DNA from: Candidatus Caldarchaeum sp.
GTDB lineage: Archaea > Thermoproteota > Nitrososphaeria_A > Caldarchaeales > Caldarchaeaceae
Reading direction: 5' to 3'
DNA: 64,000 nt
Assembly: GCA_038831915.1 (NCBI GenBank)
Contig: JAWBKB010000001.1
Span: 32,001-96,000 of the forward strand
The number at the start of each line of letters is the position of its first letter. Positions within the stretch are counted from its first letter, which is position 1. Positions 58,186 to 64,000 of the stretch are shown piece after piece. Both the position numbers and the translations under genes were made by a program. The notes beneath the pieces were generated by a model that saw nothing but the letters and a program-made list of their open reading frames with translations, had not been told where the DNA came from and ran no database searches.

Positions 58186-59151
58186 TTGGGCAGAAGAAAA
58201 TATTCTAGGCCGCGGCATGGGTCGTTGGCTTTCCTACCACGTGGAAGAGCAAAAAGTCTTCTTCCGCGGGTGAAACACTGGCCCGACGGAAAAGAAGGGC
58301 CGCTTGGTTTCGTTGGCTACAAAGTAGGGATGACATCTATCCATTTCATCGACAACACTCCGGGTTCGCCCACCCAAGGTAGCGAAATTACCAAATCATG
58401 CACCGTCGTAGCTGCTCCACCTCTCAAAGTCATCGGCTTAGTTGTCTACGGACAAGAAAACGGAAGGCTAAAAGATTTGGGTAGGTTTTGGGTTTCAAAT
58501 GTTCCAGAAGAAATAAAGAGAAGAAACCCAACTTTCAGACCAACTCCAGGTCCCGAGAACATCAATAGGTTGAAGGACCAAATCGCTGAAGTTAGGTTGA
58601 TAGTTGCGACGCAGCCCAACCTGGTTGGTGCTGGAAAAACTCCGAACATTTTGGAAATCAAGGTCGGAGGCTCGGTGTCGTCCGCGCTGGAAAAAGCACA
58701 ACAACTTCTCGGCTCGGAAATCCGTGTTTCCGATGTCTTCAAGGAAGGGGAATACGTAGACATCATCGGCGTAACTAAAGGCAAAGGGTTTCAAGGAGTA
58801 GTGAAACGATACGGTGTATCGATTCTCCAGCGAAAATCGAGAAAAACAAGAAGAGGCGTCGCGGCCATAGGGCCGTGGAATCCTCATTATGTCATGTACA
58901 CCGTTCCACGGTCGGGCCAGATGGGATATCACAGAAGAACCGAATACAACAAACGTATTCTCCGAATTTCCCAAGACCCTTCAACCATAAACCCATCGTC
59001 CGGATGGTATCGCTTCGGGCTGGTAAAAACGGACTACTTAGTTCTCGAAGGTTCTGTAGCAGGAACTCCTCTGAGACCTCTCATCTTAAGGGCACCAGCA
59101 CGTCCTCCCAAACATCAGGAACCACCCGAAATAACGCTGTTGGAGGTTTAG
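58186..59151 (+). CDS. rpl3: 50S ribosomal protein L3
   Basis: PRHGSL.FLPR, GYKVGMT, TKGKGFQG, GQMGYHRRTEYNK motifs. Confidence 0.97.
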   Translation: MGRRKYSRPRHGSLAFLPRGRAKSLLPRVKHWPDGKEGPLGFVGYKVGMTSIHFIDNTPGSPTQGSEITKSCTVVAAPPLKVIGLVVYGQENGRLKDLGRFWVSNVPEEIKRRNPTFRPTPGPENINRLKDQIAEVRLIVATQPNLVGAGKTPNILEIKVGGSVSSALEKAQQLLGSEIRVSDVFKEGEYVDIIGVTKGKGFQGVVKRYGVSILQRKSRKTRRGVAAIGPWNPHYVMYTVPRSGQMGYHRRTEYNKRILRISQDPSTINPSSGWYRFGLVKTDYLVLEGSVAGTPLRPLILRAPARPPKHQEPPEITLLEV

Positions 59152-59154
59152 GAT

Positions 59155-59973
59155 ATGAACTTCACATCTCTGCTTATACTTCAGAGAAAAGAACATCATG
59201 AAAGAAACGTCTACGACACCGAGGGCAACATTACTGAAACAATCACGCTTCCCTGGTTCTTCAACGCACCTTTACGAGAAGACCTCGTCGCAAGAGCCTA
59301 CATCCACCTATTCACTCATAGGCTACAGCCGAAAGGCACGTCGAAGCTTTCGGGTCACAAACATTCGGTCGAGTCATGGGGCCCCGGTTTCGGAATGGCG
59401 AGAATTTCACGCGTCAAGGGTAGGGGGACACCGAAATACGGCGCGGGAGGAATGGTTCCTTCAGCCGTCGGTGGAAGGCCCACGCATCCACCTACCACAG
59501 AGAAGAAAATCCACAAGAAAATCAACGCAAAAGAACTTCGCAACGCGTTTCTTTCAGCACTTGCCTTCACCGCAGCTCCGGAATACGTGAAAAAACGTGG
59601 GCACAGAATACCTGACGACATAAAAACACCAATACTGTTGGAAGACTCGGTGGAATCTCTGACCAAGACATCCGACGTGAAGAAGTTACTCGAAAAACTC
59701 GGTTTGAAGCAGGAGCTTGAAAGATGCGATGAGAAGAAGATTCGCGCGGGTAAGGGCAAGATGCGGGGCAGACGATACAAGAAAAGACGCGGCCCCTTAA
59801 TCATTGTGGGAGAGGATAGAGGATTGGGAAAGTCGGCCTCTAACATCCCAGGCGTCGAAGTGGTTTTAGCGCGTGACCTCAGCGTTCTACATCTCGCCCC
59901 CGGCGCTAAGCCAAGCAGGCTCACCCTATTTTCCAAGAGCGCATTGAAGGTTTTGGAGGAGAGGTTGAAATGA
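59155..59973 (+). CDS. rpl4: 50S ribosomal protein L4
   Basis: [25 protein letters not shown] motifs. Confidence 0.96.
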   Translation: MNFTSLLILQRKEHHERNVYDTEGNITETITLPWFFNAPLREDLVARAYIHLFTHRLQPKGTSKLSGHKHSVESWGPGFGMARISRVKGRGTPKYGAGGMVPSAVGGRPTHPPTTEKKIHKKINAKELRNAFLSALAFTAAPEYVKKRGHRIPDDIKTPILLEDSVESLTKTSDVKKLLEKLGLKQELERCDEKKIRAGKGKMRGRRYKKRRGPLIIVGEDRGLGKSASNIPGVEVVLARDLSVLHLAPGAKPSRLTLFSKSALKVLEERLK

Positions 59974-60230
59974 ATTTACAAGACGTGGTTAAAAGGGTTC
60001 TGATCACGCAGGACGCGGTGGCCTTGATAGAGAAGGAGAACAAACTTGTCTTCATCGTGGATATCAAAGCGGACAAACGAACAATCAAGCGCGCGGTTGA
60101 ACAGCTCTACGACGTCAAGGTTGATAAAGTGAACACGATGATTACGGCGAAAGGTGAGAAAAAGGCATACGTCCGGCTCAAGCCCGAATATAAGGCGTCT
60201 GAGCTCGCCGTCAAGCTCGGAATCTTCTGA
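59970..60230 (+). CDS. rpl23: 50S ribosomal protein L23
   Basis: [20 protein letters not shown] motifs. Confidence 0.96.
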   Translation: MNLQDVVKRVLITQDAVALIEKENKLVFIVDIKADKRTIKRAVEQLYDVKVDKVNTMITAKGEKKAYVRLKPEYKASELAVKLGIF

Positions 60231-60242
60231 TGGTGATGAAAG

Positions 60243-60965
60243 ATGGGACGTAACATCCGTGCTCAAAGAATTGGCAGGGGTTCGCCACGATTCATAGCTT
60301 CCAAACACCGGAGATTCATGGTCGGCTACCCCTCAGCAATCATCGGCGAGAAAGGCTTGGTCACCGGAGTCGTCAGCGACATCGTTCACGACCCTGGGAG
60401 AGGTGCACCGGTAGCAATCATCAAACACGACGGAAGTGAATTCTACATTCCCGCAGTCGAGGGCATGTATGTCGGACAAGTTATCGAGATGGGTTCATCA
60501 GCATCTCCTGCCACCGGGAACATCTTGCCCGTCGGAAAACTTCCCGAAGGAACCATCGTTTCCGTCGTTGAAAGGATACCAGGTGACGGTGGAAAGCTAG
60601 TCCGAAGCTCCGGCGGCTACGGTATCGTTGCGGCACAGCTTGGAGATACGACGGTCATCAAGCTACCATCTAAAAAAGACATAGAAGTTCCGTCGAAGTC
60701 ACTTGCTGTACTCGGGGTTGTGGCTGGCGGAGGAAGACAGGAAAAACCATTCCTCAAAGCGGGAGCAAAATACCACCTAATGAAAGCACGACACCGCTAC
60801 TGGCCGAAATCAAGAGGCGTCGCCATGGTTCCAGCCGTTCATCCCTTCGGCGGTGGCAGCCACAAACGAATCGGAAGGCCAGAAACCGTGAAACGCACGA
60901 CACCGCCTGGAAGAAAAGTCGGGCTGATCGCGGCCCGCAGAACAGGAAGGAAGAAGAAAGCGTGA
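60243..60965 (+). CDS. rpl2: 50S ribosomal protein L2
   Basis: HDPGRGAP, RGVAM...HPFGGG, PPGRKVG motifs. Confidence 0.97.
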   Translation: MGRNIRAQRIGRGSPRFIASKHRRFMVGYPSAIIGEKGLVTGVVSDIVHDPGRGAPVAIIKHDGSEFYIPAVEGMYVGQVIEMGSSASPATGNILPVGKLPEGTIVSVVERIPGDGGKLVRSSGGYGIVAAQLGDTTVIKLPSKKDIEVPSKSLAVLGVVAGGGRQEKPFLKAGAKYHLMKARHRYWPKSRGVAMVPAVHPFGGGSHKRIGRPETVKRTTPPGRKVGLIAARRTGRKKKA

Positions 60966-61019
60966 CGACTGCTTTTCGACGTAAATTTATAAACAGCCGC
61001 GAAATCATGGGGTTGGAAA

Positions 61020-61433
61020 ATGGTTCGTGAACTGACTTACAGAGGATACACGATAGAACAACTAAAGTCCATGAGCATGGATGCTGTCATCAAACTTTTG
61101 CCCAGCAGAGCCCGCCGCAGCCTCTACAAAAGAGGATTAACTCCCGCGCAGTCCAAACTATTGCTCAAAATCAGAAAGGCCAGAAAACTTCTCGAGTCAG
61201 GTAAGAAGCTTGAAAAACCCATCAAAACTCACTGCCGAGACATGTTCATACTGCCTGAAATGGTCGGCCTAACCATACACGTTCACAACGGCAAGGAATT
61301 CCAACCGGTTGAGATAACGCCAGAAATGATTGGACACAGGCTGGGAGAATACGCCATAACCAACAAAAAAGTCGTACATGGCCGAGCTGGCATAGGAGCA
61401 ACACGAAGTAGCATGTACGTCCCCCTCAAGTAA
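61020..61433 (+). CDS. rps19: 30S ribosomal protein S19
   Basis: [32 protein letters not shown] motifs; own TTTATAAA box upstream. Confidence 0.96.
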   Translation: MVRELTYRGYTIEQLKSMSMDAVIKLLPSRARRSLYKRGLTPAQSKLLLKIRKARKLLESGKKLEKPIKTHCRDMFILPEMVGLTIHVHNGKEFQPVEITPEMIGHRLGEYAITNKKVVHGRAGIGATRSSMYVPLK

Positions 61434-61530
61434 ACTCAACCTACAGCTTTGCAGATATGCATCATGAAAACCATAACAACTCATATATATCGACGCGCTC
61501 ACGTATAGATTTCTGCAGAGGCTTCATGTC

Positions 61531-62700
61531 ATGGTCGTTTCAGATGGACGTATCATTGAGTTGAATCTAGACGGTGTTGAAGGTTGGCTCGTCATAGACA
61601 CTTTCATCATGGGTCGATGCTGGGGCGGAATAAGAATCTCCCCATACGTGACGGTGTCGGAAACAAAGTTGCTGGCAAGGGCGATAACTTTGAAGTCTGC
61701 CTTAGCCGGAATCCCTATCGGAGGAGCGAAAATCGGAATAAAAGCAGAGCCATCAGACATCAAAAGACTAAAAATTATTGAAAAACTCGCCACTAACATC
61801 CGCAAGCTCGTCTATGCGAGACGTTACACACCTGGCACCGACATAGGGTTCAGCGAAGAAAACCTCAAACAGCTATACGCACACATCGGGCTCCGACCGA
61901 CTCACACACTTCATAAAATGAGTGAAAATCTTTCTCTAACGGGTCTGGCCGTTGCTGAAAGCCTTCACGCAGCCATACAAGAAACGGTGAATTTGTTTGG
62001 AATGCATGACTGTGAAACAGTCGCAATACAGGGTTTCGGCAACATGGGCTCAGCGGCGGCCTACGTGTTAAGCAGGCGAGGATACCGTATCGTGGCGGTG
62101 GGGGACCGGTACTACACTCTAGTCGACCGTGAAGGAATTAACATCGATGACTTGTTAGAACAAAAGAAAACTTTCGGCGAGGACTGCTTGCGTGAATACA
62201 GTCGTAAGAATCCGAACTCGAAAATCTATCCACCTCAAGAGTTTCTCAACCTAGAATCTGACATACACGTGCCAGGTGCCGGAATTCTAAGTATAGTGAA
62301 AAAACCGAACTGCAGGATAATAGCTCCAATAGCTAATTATCCGGTGTCCATACAGTTTGCGAAAAATCTCGAACAACACGGTATAAAGACCATTCCGGAC
62401 ATCATCTCTAACGCAGGCGGCGCCATAGGCAGCGCTCTATCAATCCTTCAAAGGGAATTTGATGCCGACACAAGAATCATAGCTCAACTAACACGAAACA
62501 ACTTGAAACAAACTGTATTAGACGCGTCGAAAAAAGGCATCACACCGATTGAGGAGGCATATGCACGTGCTTGGCGGAGGTTGAAAAGACTGCGTATGCT
62601 CGGTCCATTAGGGCTGCCAGGCTACTTGAACCCTATGGTCAAGCTAGTCGGTTGGCATATCTTCTCGAAGTACGCAGTGTTGCAACAGAATTTGAAATAG
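61531..62700 (+). CDS. Glu/Leu/Phe/Val dehydrogenase family protein
   Basis: GGIR, GGAK, PGTDIG, QGFGNMG, PDIISNAGG motifs. Confidence 0.85.
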   Translation: MVVSDGRIIELNLDGVEGWLVIDTFIMGRCWGGIRISPYVTVSETKLLARAITLKSALAGIPIGGAKIGIKAEPSDIKRLKIIEKLATNIRKLVYARRYTPGTDIGFSEENLKQLYAHIGLRPTHTLHKMSENLSLTGLAVAESLHAAIQETVNLFGMHDCETVAIQGFGNMGSAAAYVLSRRGYRIVAVGDRYYTLVDREGINIDDLLEQKKTFGEDCLREYSRKNPNSKIYPPQEFLNLESDIHVPGAGILSIVKKPNCRIIAPIANYPVSIQFAKNLEQHGIKTIPDIISNAGGAIGSALSILQREFDADTRIIAQLTRNNLKQTVLDASKKGITPIEEAYARAWRRLKRLRMLGPLGLPGYLNPMVKLVGWHIFSKYAVLQQNLK

Positions 62701-62716
62701 ATTTGAAAATATCGAT

Positions 62717-63991
62717 TCACTTGGCCACCTTTGATTCAACTAAGCGAAACTTCGGCCAGACATCCTGCTCAAGAGTTTCAACAATTTTCACCCGGACTTG
62801 AAGTCCGTTGAGAATGTTTACTACGCCCGATGTCAAAGTGTCGATGAGACGTTCATGGTCTGATTCGGGTTTCGGAACTGTGATGATTTCAACCGAGTAG
62901 TCAGCGTCTTGTACTACACGGAATTCAACCACACCGTCGACTTTTTCGATGCGAGAAATAACAGCGTAGCGCGAAATCATGTCGCCGTTTTTCTTGTAAA
63001 TGCAGTCCACGGTTCTGCCTTCAACGCTTCTCAAAAGTGGAAGGTCTCGACCACAAGGACATTCATCATCTACTAACTCAACTAATTCTCCCGCCCTATA
63101 CCTGATGAAAGGAGTTGCGTACCTATACAGACACATAACGACCGCTTCTCCTTGCACATACTTTGAGCCGACTATTTTTGGATTGAGTAGTTCCAACACC
63201 ACGGCCTCACTGTTGATATGATATGCTGTATGAGTAGGGCACTCCCAAGGGATGTTCCCCATTTCGATGGTGGAATATCTGTCAAACACCTCTGTGGAGA
63301 AAAAATTTTGCACAGCCTTTCGCGTTGATGGTGTTAAAGTTTCACCGGTAGTTATGATGGTTTTTACAGAAATTGTCGCCCCGTGTCTTTCAGAGTATTC
63401 CATCAAGCGGCGTAAAGTTTACGGCTGAGCGATCAATACGTCGGGCTTGATTTCAGACATCCTCACTATATTGCTGCGAACATCTCCTGAAAGATCGATA
63501 AAAGCAGGTTTTGTAGTAGCTATTCTAAATAGCATATCCCCGAAAAAACTTATACTTTGAGGCGACGGATTCTGCAGAAATCTCACGACCTTCATTCCGG
63601 GCCTAACACCGTATGCCCACAGGCTCCGTAGATATAAAGCCGTCCAAAATGCCGCTTACTTTTTGGTCTCGAGCATGACTAACGGCTCACCCGTAGAGCC
63701 GGACGTCCCCGCTTAAGTATCAGGTCTAATAGACGAAGCCCTGCGTTCGTCGAGCGGAATTCTGACCAGTTCAGACCTCGAGACCACAGGAAGGCCGTCG
63801 AGAGCAGATTTTCCCAGAACTTTCAACCGGTCGACCATAGCTTTTTCATACAGTCTCCTGTAGAGGGGAACATCTTCGTATGACTTGACAACCAGTTTCT
63901 TGAGCTTTTCCGACTGAAGACGGATGAGTTTCTCAGTGTTGAACCACTGTGAATGTTGTAGGTTCGCCCAGTAAAACAACGTGTCAAACAT
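62717..63991 (-). pseudogene. PaaK/CapK-like acyl-CoA ligase pseudogene with three in-frame TAA stops
   Basis: Single reading frame of 425 codons with TSGSTGEP, TTGE, YSTIE, IRYRAGE and EGR motifs, interrupted by TAA at 63715-63713, 63658-63656 and 63421-63419. Confidence 0.85.
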
Positions 63992-64000
63992 CTAACCTCA

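Noticed and set aside
62717-63991. Genome-wide TAA recoding as the explanation for the in-frame stops
   Set aside because: Many conserved genes in this window (e.g. rps30e, rps19, pheT) end at TAA at the expected position.
1-64000. CRISPR arrays, IS/transposases, integrases, inteins, rRNA genes
   Set aside because: No regularly spaced direct repeats or mobile-element motifs seen; proteins have normal lengths; no rRNA-length non-coding stretch.

Overview
Gene-dense archaeal chromosome segment of TACK affinity. Evidence for that placement: rps26e, rps30e, a TFE-beta/Rpc34 homologue, an intact smc-scpA-scpB operon, PolB2 and a tRNA with two non-canonical introns. The combination best fits Aigarchaeota/Caldarchaeum-like or Thaumarchaeota-related lineages (inference, no search run). 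About 70 CDSs are visible. They include an amino-acid/2-oxoacid catabolic cluster (1-12.6 kb), aminoacyl-tRNA synthetases (proS, hisS, pheST), proteases, an SMC/transcription/RNA-modification block (33-44 kb), PolB2, the rpoD-rpl18e-rpl13-rps9-rpoN-eno-rps2 operon, an oxidative-stress cluster, priL, the rpl3-4-23-2-rps19 block and a PaaK/CapK-like pseudogene. I found no CRISPR array, IS element, integrase or rRNA. Elements read directly from the DNA and absent from the ORF track: (1) a candidate H/ACA pseudouridylation guide RNA at 25656-25737 (-), whose two pocket strands are complementary to the conserved large-subunit rRNA helix 69/70 segment; (2) tRNA-Arg(CCG) with BHB-type introns at 24/25 and 51/52; (3) rps30e; (4) a 36-aa coiled-coil ORF coupled to an orphan atpD that probably starts at CTG; (5) an inverted-repeat operator around the mmsA TATA box. 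Other notable proteins are an M24 pseudo-peptidase lacking all five metal ligands, divergent from smc, and a ParB/SerK-like protein abutting serA.
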